In this document: positions 17,196 to 25,508 of the stretch, piece by piece
How positions within the stretch are numbered: the stretch's first letter is position 1
How the letters are laid out: each line of letters opens with the position of its first letter
Origin: a virus
DNA length: 64,000 nucleotides
Reading direction: 5' to 3' (one strand)
Virus record (IMG/VR): IMGVR_UViG_3300026512_000010
Location: 1-64,000 of that record
The notes under the pieces: generated by a model
What the model was told of the DNA's origin: nothing
The model's database searches: none
Seen by the model: only the letters and a program-made list of their open reading frames with translations
Position numbers and translations under genes: made by a program

Positions 17196-18221
17196 TTATA
17201 TAATTTTAGTATATTCATAATTAATTTTCATAAATCCTTCAGTATATAAAGGAAGCTCAAATCTTTTGGCAAAATCAATTAAAACATTTTCTGGAATAAA
17301 TTTTCCATCAATTTTAGCTCTTTCTTTGTTTCTTTTTAAAATTTCATCTAAAGAAGTCATCATAACAATGGCTATTGCATTATGATTTTTAAGTTGAGAT
17401 AGCCATTTCTTTCTTGATTTCCAGCTAACATTTGTCATATCAATTACAAAATCTTTGTCTGAATTTTTAAGTCTATTAAATTTTTGTTGAAGAATTTTAT
17501 CAACTTCTTTTTGATCTTCAAAGGTTAAATTTTTCCAAATTTCAGAATATGTTTCACCATATCCTTTTTCTTTTCCGTATTCCAAAAGAATACCATCTCT
17601 ACTTAGAACTTCCAAATCTTTAAAATTTTCTTTTATATATGTTGATTTCCCAGAATTTGGAAGCCCTATCATAATATAACAATTATTATCTAATTCTGTG
17701 TTGCAAATTTTATTATGTCCATATTTTTCTTTTTCTTTATGAGTAAATCCTTTAAAAGAAATATTACCTTTAGCATCATATTCTGAGAATTCATAAAGCT
17801 TTTCATATAAATCATAATGTCCATTAATGAAATATTTTTTAATTTGTTTATCTGATTTTTGCCAGAATATCCCATGGTAGTTAATCACATAAAAAATTTC
17901 AAACGCATCAGACCAAGAAATAACATTTTCATATACTAAATTCATTAAAAAATCGATAGCCATTAAAGTAGAAATTCCTTCATGACCTCTAAATACAATT
18001 TTTCCATTTTCAAGCTCTTGTCTTGCGAGAGGTTTTCCAATATCATGAAGAAGTGCAGCAATTTGAATATTTTTTGAAGCATTGTTTAATCTTGCTTGAT
18101 TAAACACAAGCATAGTATGAGTCCAAACATCCCCTTCAAGATGATACGTTCCGTTTGGATGAGTAGCAAATTTTAATCCTTTTTCATAATTTTCTTTAAA
18201 AAGTTTAAATATTTTTTCCAT
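17196..18221 (-). CDS. Bifunctional HD-domain phosphohydrolase / polynucleotide 5'-kinase (RNA end-healing enzyme)
   Basis: N-terminal HD motifs (HLEGDVWTHTM, AALLHDIGKP, RGHEGIS); C-terminal P-loop MIGLPNSGKSTYIKE resembles the T4 Pnk kinase GCPGSGKST; sits next to Rnl1. Confidence 0.7.
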   Translation of the reverse strand: MEKIFKLFKENYEKGLKFATHPNGTYHLEGDVWTHTMLVFNQARLNNASKNIQIAALLHDIGKPLARQELENGKIVFRGHEGISTLMAIDFLMNLVYENVISWSDAFEIFYVINYHGIFWQKSDKQIKKYFINGHYDLYEKLYEFSEYDAKGNISFKGFTHKEKEKYGHNKICNTELDNNCYIMIGLPNSGKSTYIKENFKDLEVLSRDGILLEYGKEKGYGETYSEIWKNLTFEDQKEVDKILQQKFNRLKNSDKDFVIDMTNVSWKSRKKWLSQLKNHNAIAIVMMTSLDEILKRNKERAKIDGKFIPENVLIDFAKRFELPLYTEGFMKINYEYTKII

Positions 18222-18247
18222 TCTAACTCCTTTTAATTCACTTATCT

Positions 18248-18322
18248 GAGCCTCTCTAAGGAATAATCTTTTATTTTTAATATATAATTATTAAAATCAC
18301 TTAAAAGCTCTTAGAGAGGCTC
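18248..18322 (-). promoter_or_regulatory. Leader hairpin/operator element A (13-bp perfect inverted repeat GAGCCTCTCTAAG / CTTAGAGAGGCTC around a -10-like box)
   Basis: Arms at 18248-18260 and 18310-18322; the loop contains tatataattatt. Lies between promoter 18339-18387 and the HD-Pnk start. Homologous elements at 46787-46861 and 58970-59056. Confidence 0.5.
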
Positions 18323-18338
18323 TAATAAATAAACTATT

Positions 18339-18387
18339 TATAATATAATTATAATATAATTATAATATAATTTTTTGAAAAAGTAAA
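18339..18387 (-). promoter_or_regulatory. Conserved phage promoter with triple tandem 11-bp -10 repeat (tataatataat x3)
   Basis: Three perfect copies at 18339-18371 followed by tttttgaaaaagtaaa. Confidence 0.5.
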
Positions 18388-18490
18388 TAGTTTAAGAGAT
18401 ATTTTCCAAAAATTCTCTTGTTTTAAAAATTTTCATGCAATTTTAATAATGCTTATTTTGTAGTTTCAATCCCTTTTTATAATTGCTCTT

Positions 18491-18916
18491 CTATGTGTTG
18501 TATTTTAAATCATTTTCTACAAAATCATAAACTTCTTTAATGACTTCTTTAAGATAATTTTCCAATTCTTTTATTGGTTCGTTCTTAAAGAAAAAGATTT
18601 CATTATCAGTTGCACAAGCTCTTTCTATCAATTCTTTAAATTTGCCATCTTCTTTCAAAACCTTAAAAATTAATTCTCTCATTCTGTGGGAATATTTATC
18701 ATTTTTAGTATGTATTCTTGGACCTTTTATTGATATTAAAAATACAGAATCTTTTTGATTTATTTCTTTATCCCAAATATCTATCTCTTTACCAACAATT
18801 TTAAAATGAAATTCTATGTCGTCAAGTTCAAATATAACAGACTGATCAATACTATATTCAAAAGTTAATCTTGTTTCTTTAATTTCTTTTCCTGTTCTTG
18901 GTAAAATAATATTCAT
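18491..18916 (-). CDS. Hypothetical protein
   Basis: ORF. Confidence 0.4.
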   Translation of the reverse strand: MNIILPRTGKEIKETRLTFEYSIDQSVIFELDDIEFHFKIVGKEIDIWDKEINQKDSVFLISIKGPRIHTKNDKYSHRMRELIFKVLKEDGKFKELIERACATDNEIFFFKNEPIKELENYLKEVIKEVYDFVENDLKYNT

Positions 18917-19274
18917 TTCTACTCCTTAATTTTTTTTTATAGATATATCTAACATCCTCCCAATCGGCTCCAAATTCACTATAAGTTTTTACCTTCTTTT
19001 CACATTTCCAATTTTCATCATCTTCAAGTTTTTGACATTTAAAAATTGATTCAAATTCAAATTTGATAGGTGCATATTTTTGTAAAAATTCCTCCTTTCC
19101 TATATGAATTTCATTTTTAAATTTTGTATTATTACAATCAATTTCAAAAATATGAATACAATTATCAATATCGTTAATATTATCTAAAATGTATTTTTTA
19201 ATTTCTTCAAACGTGCTAAATAATTTTAAAGAATTATATCCTTCATAACAGTTTGAATCTGTAAATAAAAACAT
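18879..19274 (-). CDS. Hypothetical protein
   Basis: ORF (likely start shifts to remove the 38-nt overlap). Confidence 0.4.
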   Translation of the reverse strand: MFLFTDSNCYEGYNSLKLFSTFEEIKKYILDNINDIDNCIHIFEIDCNNTKFKNEIHIGKEEFLQKYAPIKFEFESIFKCQKLEDDENWKCEKKVKTYSEFGADWEDVRYIYKKKLRSRNEYYFTKNRKRN

Positions 19275-19283
19275 TTGTTCTCC

Positions 19284-20405
19284 TTATAGATTTTTTAAAA
19301 ATTCTCTTGCTTTTGACAATTTAAAAGTATCTTTTATAATTTTTTCTTTTAATAGTTTCTCTAAATCCTCTTTTTTATTTGCTTTCATTAAAACACTAAA
19401 ATAAGGATGCTCTTTATGTTTTAAAGCAAACTCTTTTCTTTCTGTTTGAAATTTTACTTTTAATAATTCATTCAATTCATTATACATTTTATCAAAATAG
19501 TGAGAAACTTTATTCCTTATTTCCTCAATTTTATTTCTTTTTTCTCCCTGCGGTAATTGTGATATTACATCATCTATTGTTTCATTTATAATATGTTCTA
19601 TTAATTTATTTTCAACCAAATTATCAGGACTAATTAAATGATGAAGTGTAAAATACCATTTAGTTTTCACCTTTCTAAATTGTCTTTCAAAATTTTCGAA
19701 TGGATTCATTACCACCCACCCTTCAATATCTGTAAATGTTTCTTGTCTTTCTCTTAATTCAGTTAAAGTTAAATATTCAACCTGTGTAATTGGTAGATCA
19801 TACACAAATGCTATATTTTTCACTTTATCATATTCTAAATATTCACCTGTAATAATTCTTCTTGCTTGAATTAATTTTAATTCTGTTTTTTCATATGGAA
19901 CAACAATTTGATTAAATGGGGATATTAATTCAAAAAATAAAAGTATTCCTTCTTTATAACAATTTCTAATTGCGTTTTGGTATTTTTCATTTTTATTAAT
20001 TATTTCTTGTGCCAATTTTGCTTGCTCAGAAAAAAATGTTCCTTTTGTTTTAGCAAGGAAGATTTCATTACCTTTTAGGTTTTCAATATAAATGGTTTGA
20101 ATTAAACTCCCATCTAATTTTTCTCTTGCTTCAAGTCTAGCATTTTCCCATTTTTCATCATTCATTGTAAATGGATTTTCATTATCATTAAAGAATTTGT
20201 GTAATCCTAAATAATAATCTTTTGTTTCTAAATTAATTGTTAAACCTCTTAATTCTAATGCAAAAGAATCTTTAGCAAAATCAGAATAAGAAGCCAACCT
20301 ATAATTAAAAATTCTAAATGGTGTTCCATCTACTACTTCATCTTTATAATAGAAAGCATCATTTTCTTTAACTATGTTCATTGCTCTTTCAAATAAATGA
20401 TTCAT
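19284..20405 (-). CDS. rnlA: RNA ligase 1 (T4 Rnl1/RnlA-like)
   Basis: [26 protein letters not shown] and NENPFTMN match T4 Rnl1 ([35 protein letters not shown] identical); KxDG motif [10 protein letters not shown]. Confidence 0.85.
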   Translation of the reverse strand: [373 protein letters not shown]

Positions 20406-20407
20406 TT

Positions 20408-20571
20408 TAAGCTCCTTGACACAATATATGTGTGCATATTAAAATTTCTATAAAAGCACAAAATGCTATTACACTTGATGTAAACCTAATAAATTCATCA
20501 TTATTATCTTTTAAAATTAATAATTGTAATATAAAAGTTAATATCCAAATTATTAAAAGAAATGTTGTCAT
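20408..20571 (-). CDS. Small (54 aa) membrane protein ORF not in the ORF track
   Basis: ATG at 20569-20571 downstream of a promoter-like cassette; hydrophobic MTTFLLIIWILTFILQLLIL...; its stop lies just before the rnlA RBS. Confidence 0.3.
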
Positions 20572-20592
20572 TTTAACTCCTTAACTTTTTTC

Positions 20593-20615
20593 TTATATAA
20601 TTATAACATAAAACA
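20593..20615 (-). promoter_or_regulatory. Promoter-like cassette (degenerate -35)
   Basis: cttatataattataacataaaac with the conserved downstream ctccttaac RBS context. Confidence 0.3.
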
Positions 20616-20617
20616 GG

Positions 20618-21163
20618 TTATTTATCAAGAGACTTTGTTAATTTTTCATACAACTCACAATCTTTTTTAAATTTTTCTAAATAATAATTTTCATAAATTT
20701 CAATTAATTTTAAAGACTCATTTCGCTGTTCAGGTGTAAGATCCAACATTTCCAACCTTGTAAAAAATGTATCTAACCAATTATAAAATTGCACACGCTG
20801 TTCTATATCTTCAAATGTTAAATTTTCATTTTTAATACAATATTCACCTGTTTTAGTTTTAATTTCATTTAAAAGATCAGTAATAATAAACCAAAAGAAA
20901 GAAATATTTATTCTTAAATCCTTAATTTCATCATAAAGCTCTTGAAAGATTCTACTGAATATCGTTTTAAATTGTTTTCTTTTTACATATTCTTTTGTCA
21001 ATTCTTGTATAAATTGTTTATATTCATTTGAATTTTTTAAATCAAAATAATCAGAAATATTTTTTAATTGAAAAACTTTCCCATTTAGAAGAATTTGTCC
21101 AATAGATGATTCATATTTAGTATTATCTACGGTGTTACTTATTTTTAATACTTCAAATTTCAT
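20618..21163 (-). CDS. Hypothetical protein
   Basis: ORF after promoter 21185-21220. Confidence 0.4.
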   Translation of the reverse strand: MKFEVLKISNTVDNTKYESSIGQILLNGKVFQLKNISDYFDLKNSNEYKQFIQELTKEYVKRKQFKTIFSRIFQELYDEIKDLRINISFFWFIITDLLNEIKTKTGEYCIKNENLTFEDIEQRVQFYNWLDTFFTRLEMLDLTPEQRNESLKLIEIYENYYLEKFKKDCELYEKLTKSLDK

Positions 21164-21184
21164 TGTAGCTCCTTAAATTTTCTT

Positions 21185-21220
21185 TTATATAATTATAATA
21201 TATTTTTAAGAAAAGTAAAG
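21185..21220 (-). promoter_or_regulatory. Conserved phage promoter cassette
   Basis: ttatataattataatatatttttaagaaaagtaaag. Confidence 0.5.
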
Positions 21221-21335
21221 AGCTTTCAAATAATTTTTTGAAAAAATTAAAGAATTTTTATATTATAAATATTTAGATATAATTTTATTAATACGTTTTT
21301 TATAAAAATTTTTATTACGTTTTTCCTATATGTTT

Positions 21336-21881
21336 TTAATAAAATTTATTCCTAAATTCTTCTAATTCTCTTACAAATTTTTTATCTGAGTTTATTTTTT
21401 GATAAATTACCGCATCTTTCCATTCATCATTGATTTGAATTTGGCAAAAGTCTAAAACAAAATATTCATTATTTTTATAATAGTGTTTGTAAATTTTTCC
21501 AATTTCAACATTTTTAAGAATAGGAAAAATAGTGTAATATTCTACATCTATTAAAATGGAATCACAATCTGTGTTCTTTTTATTAATAATTTTAATATCT
21601 AATACTTCTTGTTTTTTTAATTCAATAAATTTTTTTAAAAAATTTTTTACCTGAATATCAGGTGACTTTGTTGTAATTTTCAGTTGATAGAATTCTCTTA
21701 AATCATCATTTTTTGATAAAATATTAACAATATAATTTTTAAAAGTTCCATAGGTAACATTTAATAAAGGTTTTAATTCTTCCCAATCTTCAGATAAAGG
21801 TAATTCTGTTTCATCTTCTATAACCTCTAATAAAGCCTCTATTTCTTCTTGTGTTAAAATTTCTGGCATTACATTCTCCAT
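21336..21881 (-). CDS. Hypothetical acidic protein
   Basis: ORF. Confidence 0.4.
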   Translation of the reverse strand: MENVMPEILTQEEIEALLEVIEDETELPLSEDWEELKPLLNVTYGTFKNYIVNILSKNDDLREFYQLKITTKSPDIQVKNFLKKFIELKKQEVLDIKIINKKNTDCDSILIDVEYYTIFPILKNVEIGKIYKHYYKNNEYFVLDFCQIQINDEWKDAVIYQKINSDKKFVRELEEFRNKFY

Positions 21882-21952
21882 TTTATTTTATTATATGATA
21901 TAAAATCATTTTTCCATTTTTATCTTTAATTTTTGTCATTTAATATTTTTAG

Positions 21953-21984
21953 ATAATTATAATATATTTTTTAAGAAAGTAAAT
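21953..21984 (-). promoter_or_regulatory. Conserved phage promoter cassette
   Basis: ataattataatatattttttaagaaagtaaa. Confidence 0.45.
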
Positions 21985-22003
21985 AAAATAATTTTTATAG
22001 AAA

Positions 22004-22489
22004 TTAAAGAATTTTTATATTGCAGGTATTTTTAGCTACAATTCCATTAATATAGTTTATCATACAGAAATTTTTACTCCATTCAAAATGAGCACTTAAA
22101 TCTAAATCATCAATACAAACTATTTCATTATCATTTTCTAAAAGAATTTCCATAGCTAAAATCCTATCATTAAAGGGATCTTTACCTATAATGTTCATTT
22201 GTTGGATTACATCAAACCATTCTTTCATTAATCTATCATATGTATCTTTTTTAAGTGTTAAATCATCATTTATAATACAGCTCCAGCTACTTATAATAAA
22301 AACTTTATATCCATTTTCAGCACAAAATTTATCTATTTTGTTGCAATTTTCTACTAATTTTTTAAAAATTTCTCCCGGAGAGTTATTCGCCCATTTTCCA
22401 TCCACTTTCTTAGCATATTCTATAATACAATCATCAAAATCAAGACAGATAAGCTTTTCATTTTTTATGTTTTGAATTTCTTTTACCAT
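22004..22489 (-). CDS. Hypothetical protein, possible HAD-like (DFDDC)
   Basis: ICLDFDDCII near the N-terminus weakly resembles HAD motif I. Confidence 0.3.
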   Translation of the reverse strand: MVKEIQNIKNEKLICLDFDDCIIEYAKKVDGKWANNSPGEIFKKLVENCNKIDKFCAENGYKVFIISSWSCIINDDLTLKKDTYDRLMKEWFDVIQQMNIIGKDPFNDRILAMEILLENDNEIVCIDDLDLSAHFEWSKNFCMINYINGIVAKNTCNIKIL

Positions 22490-22518
22490 TACAAGCCTTT
22501 ATAAATTTTTTAATTATC

Positions 22519-23274
22519 TCATGTTTTTCTTTTTGTTATTTTATTCCATCTACAATTACTGCCTATTTCACCATTACTAAAAAGATATATAACATTCAGA
22601 TTTGGATTTGTTTTATTATAATCCCAAAACCAAATATAAGGAAATTTTTTAAGTGCCAAAGCATTATTTTTTAATGTTTCAACATACATAGGATATTTAT
22701 TTTCTACTTCATAAAATTCTATGCTTTCATCTATTAGAATAAAATATTGCAAAAATTTATAAAACCATTTTTTATTTTGTGTTTCATAAACTTCTGGGCG
22801 TATAGTTACTTCAAAATCAAACAATTCTGGTAATTCGTTTTTCCATTTATCAATAACCCAAAAATTATTTGACGTCATCACAAATGACAACCTTACTTTG
22901 TTTTTATAATTATATAATTTATCAATAGTTTCTTTATCTATATTTTCATCAATACTAAAAACAAATTTATCATATCCACTTTTAAAAGCTTTTTCTAATA
23001 CTTTTATATTTCTTGTATGCAATGTGATTTTAATATTTGGATTAAATTGTTTTGCGAGTTTTGATATTTCCCAAGTTTCTTTTATAAATGAAGGATCTGA
23101 AGTATCACCACTTATTGAAAGTAAATTTGTCATATCTGCAAAACATTCAATAAAAGCTTTCCATTTTGTTGAAAAATGTGGGTTTTTATTTTCTCTAATT
23201 TTATTCCCAACACAAAAATCACATTTAAAAGGACAATCCCCACCCGCAAGTATTGAAATATAATCAAATTTCAT
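22519..23274 (-). CDS. Radical SAM protein (Cx3Cx2C)
   Basis: GGDCPFKCDFCVGN cluster 12 residues from the N-terminus; NrdG is encoded separately at 30529..31020. Confidence 0.65.
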   Translation of the reverse strand: MKFDYISILAGGDCPFKCDFCVGNKIRENKNPHFSTKWKAFIECFADMTNLLSISGDTSDPSFIKETWEISKLAKQFNPNIKITLHTRNIKVLEKAFKSGYDKFVFSIDENIDKETIDKLYNYKNKVRLSFVMTSNNFWVIDKWKNELPELFDFEVTIRPEVYETQNKKWFYKFLQYFILIDESIEFYEVENKYPMYVETLKNNALALKKFPYIWFWDYNKTNPNLNVIYLFSNGEIGSNCRWNKITKRKT

Positions 23275-23294
23275 TTTAACTCCTTAACTTTTCT

Positions 23295-23329
23295 TTTATA
23301 ATTTTATAATAATTTTTGAAAAAAGTAAA
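23295..23329 (-). promoter_or_regulatory. Conserved phage promoter cassette
   Basis: tttataattttataataatttttgaaaaaagtaaa. Confidence 0.5.
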
Positions 23330-23346
23330 TTATAAAAGCTTTAATT

Positions 23347-23742
23347 TTAATTTCCCTTTAAAGCCTTTATAAATTTTTTAATTATCTCATATTTTTCTTT
23401 TTGTAATTCATTACAAATTAAACAAAAAAGTTTCCGTTGGTTTTTAACAAATTTTTCTTTATTACTGATATTACATTCAATCCAAACATATTCATAAATA
23501 TCTTCTATATTTTTAGAATTTTCATTTTCTAAGGCGTCATTTAAGTTGTGTTGATTTACCAAATAAAGTCCAATTAATTTGTTCTTTGTTTTTGTTTCAA
23601 AATACTTTTCTAAATAAAATTTATCAACTTTATATCCTGTTTCTTCAAAAAATTCTCTGATAGCTGTTTGTTCTTTTATTTCATTAATCTCTTGTTTGCC
23701 TTTAAAAAAATAAGCACTTTCCTTCTTTATTTTTATAAACAT
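23347..23742 (-). CDS. Nudix hydrolase, C-terminal portion (box at residues 14-36; N-terminal strands missing)
   Basis: Perfect Nudix box GKQEINEIKEQTAIREFFEETGY (G-x5-E-x7-REUxEExGU); stops immediately upstream of the ATG. Confidence 0.6.
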   Translation of the reverse strand: MFIKIKKESAYFFKGKQEINEIKEQTAIREFFEETGYKVDKFYLEKYFETKTKNKLIGLYLVNQHNLNDALENENSKNIEDIYEYVWIECNISNKEKFVKNQRKLFCLICNELQKEKYEIIKKFIKALKGN

Positions 23743-23793
23743 ATATTAAGATTTTATTTTTATAAAATTTATAAGGAACTATACCACACGCTT

Positions 23794-24099
23794 TTACCAT
23801 CTTGGTTTCATTCCTTTAAAGAAATTATCATTATCATATTCTAACATAATAATTGGATTATCATCTAATATCACTGTGTCATAGATCTCATTAATTCTTG
23901 CTCTTGTTTCTTTTGTATTTTGCACTATCAAGCAAGTCCTTGCATTTTCTTGAAGTTTAAATCCCAAAATTATTTCTAACGCTTTTTTATCTATTTCATA
24001 TGCTTCTATTCTATAATCATTAAAATTATACAAATGATATTTAGGAGGATAATCATCAGTATTTATTTCAACAACATTGAAAGTTCTTGATATTTTCAT
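23794..24099 (-). CDS. Possible N-terminal portion of the split Nudix gene
   Basis: Ends ...YDNDNFFKGMKPRW*, repeating the FFKG that precedes the Nudix box in the next ORF. Confidence 0.35.
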   Translation of the reverse strand: MKISRTFNVVEINTDDYPPKYHLYNFNDYRIEAYEIDKKALEIILGFKLQENARTCLIVQNTKETRARINEIYDTVILDDNPIIMLEYDNDNFFKGMKPRW

Positions 24100-24101
24100 T
24101 T

Positions 24102-24863
24102 TTAACTCCTATATTTAGATACAATTAAATCATATGTTACATAATCTTTTAGTGGCATAATAATATTTCTACTCCTAATGACTTCTCTCATATCCTCACC
24201 AACATAAATAGGAACTTGTTCTTTTTTAATATAAACACCAAATTTAAAAAAGTCTGAAATATCATTCCAATCTTTATTATATTTTTCTTTCACGTATTCG
24301 ATTTGCTCATTTGCTGTTTTAAACATAAGTTCTTTATGAGAAGCATATGCTCTTGCAAACATACTTTTACTATTTCTAATAGCATCTCTTTTTCTTTCTG
24401 CAATTACATCCACTAATTTTTCATCAGGAACAGAAAAAACTCGTGCATCAAACCAAGCACCATCAATTGGCTTCATAAAACTTTGACCAAATTGTAATGT
24501 AGCTAAACTTGCACTCAAAGAAGCAAGTTTCTGAACCCTTCCATTATAAGGGTGAGTATATCCTTTTTTATCTGGCTGAGCTGGAATTATAATTGTGATT
24601 TCATCACTTTGTGTATAACCAAACGTTGCTTGAAATTCATCGAAAATTTTTTCCATCGCTTTTACCATAGCAAATGAAAAATCATGATCGAAAGGTTTTT
24701 TGCAATATTTTTTCGACAATTTACTAAATTTGTGGCCATCAACTCTGATTACAATATGTTGATCTTTTGGAATATTGATTTCATATTGCTTTTCATATTG
24801 TTTAATTTTGTAAAGATGTTCTTTGTTCATGATTTGACCTTTTTCTATTTTGCATAAACACAA
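24102..24863 (-). CDS. Thg1-like protein (tRNA-His guanylyltransferase family, 3'-5' nucleotide polymerase)
   Basis: IVIRVDGHKFSKL, KKPFDHDF and FGYTQSDEITIIIP match the Thg1 signatures VVVRLDGRNFHRF, KPND and YGQSDEYSFVF. Confidence 0.75.
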   Translation of the reverse strand: MCLCKIEKGQIMNKEHLYKIKQYEKQYEINIPKDQHIVIRVDGHKFSKLSKKYCKKPFDHDFSFAMVKAMEKIFDEFQATFGYTQSDEITIIIPAQPDKKGYTHPYNGRVQKLASLSASLATLQFGQSFMKPIDGAWFDARVFSVPDEKLVDVIAERKRDAIRNSKSMFARAYASHKELMFKTANEQIEYVKEKYNKDWNDISDFFKFGVYIKKEQVPIYVGEDMREVIRSRNIIMPLKDYVTYDLIVSKYRS

Positions 24864-25165
24864 AATTCTTTAGATTCAACTATATCTTCAAGTTTAGAAA
24901 TAAAATCTAAATATTTTTCTGTTTCTATTTCTTCTATACTAATATGTTCCATTTCTTTTATACAAATTTCTGCGGAAGCAACAGTTGATATAAGCTCCTC
25001 ACCATTAATTATAATATTGAAATAAATTGTGTCTTTTTCTTTAAAAACACTTTCAATATATCCCATATTTTTATCATATTTGAAAATTAAATTTTTATAG
25101 ATATTTTCTAATTCTTTAAAACTAAAATCTTTAAAAGTTTTCATATTAACTCCTTTAACTTTCAT
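24845..25165 (-). CDS. Hypothetical protein
   Basis: ORF after promoter 25164-25201. Confidence 0.4.
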   Translation of the reverse strand: MKVKGVNMKTFKDFSFKELENIYKNLIFKYDKNMGYIESVFKEKDTIYFNIIINGEELISTVASAEICIKEMEHISIEEIETEKYLDFISKLEDIVESKEFCVYAK

Positions 25166-25201
25166 ATAAATAATTATATAATAATTTTTGAAAAAAGTAA
25201 A
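25164..25201 (-). promoter_or_regulatory. Conserved phage promoter cassette
   Basis: catataaataattatataataatttttgaaaaaagtaaa. Confidence 0.5.
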
Positions 25202-25270
25202 TGGCTCAAATTAAGTTTTTAAAAAATTTAATTAAAATAATAAATGATGTATAAACGCAGTATAATTTAT

Positions 25271-25294
25271 AGATTAATTTGTAGATTAATTTGT
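25271..25294. repeat. Tandem 12-bp direct repeat (agattaatttgt x2)
   Basis: Perfect copies at 25271-25282 and 25283-25294. Confidence 0.6.
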
Positions 25295-25308
25295 AAGTGA
25301 AGAAAGTT

Positions 25309-25346
25309 GAAGACTAAAAGATGGTTAAAGCACCTTTTAAAGAAAG
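25309..25346. terminator. Hairpin GAAGACT...AAGTCTT followed by T6 (terminator-like, reads as plus-strand intrinsic terminator; also A-run on the other side)
   Basis: gaagactaaaagatggttaaagcaccttttaaagaaagtctttttt. Confidence 0.3.
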
Positions 25347-25350
25347 TCTT

Positions 25351-25441
25351 TTTTAACTCTTATAAGATGGACGAAGACAAGCCAAAATATTTCCAATATA
25401 TAAATAAGGATGCCTTTTAGTCCATCTTATAAGAGTTAAAA
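25351..25441. terminator. Large hairpin: 22-bp perfect inverted repeat with 47-nt loop, downstream of gene 25509..27329
   Basis: ttttaactcttataagatggac (25351-25372) and gtccatcttataagagttaaaa (25420-25441). The loop GAAGAC...AAATAAGGATGCCTTTT is homologous to the loop of the 27659-27747 hairpin. Confidence 0.35.
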
Positions 25442-25508
25442 GAGGCGGAAGCAAAAACTGTAAATTAAATCATTGTATATATTAAGGATGCCTCTTTGCC
25501 TCTGAAAA

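Noticed and set aside
22519-23274. Assigning the second radical SAM protein as QueE (7-deazaguanine pathway)
   Set aside because: Only the Cx3Cx2C cluster is recognisable and no QueC/QueD/FolE/DpdA partners are in the window, so it is left as a generic radical SAM enzyme.
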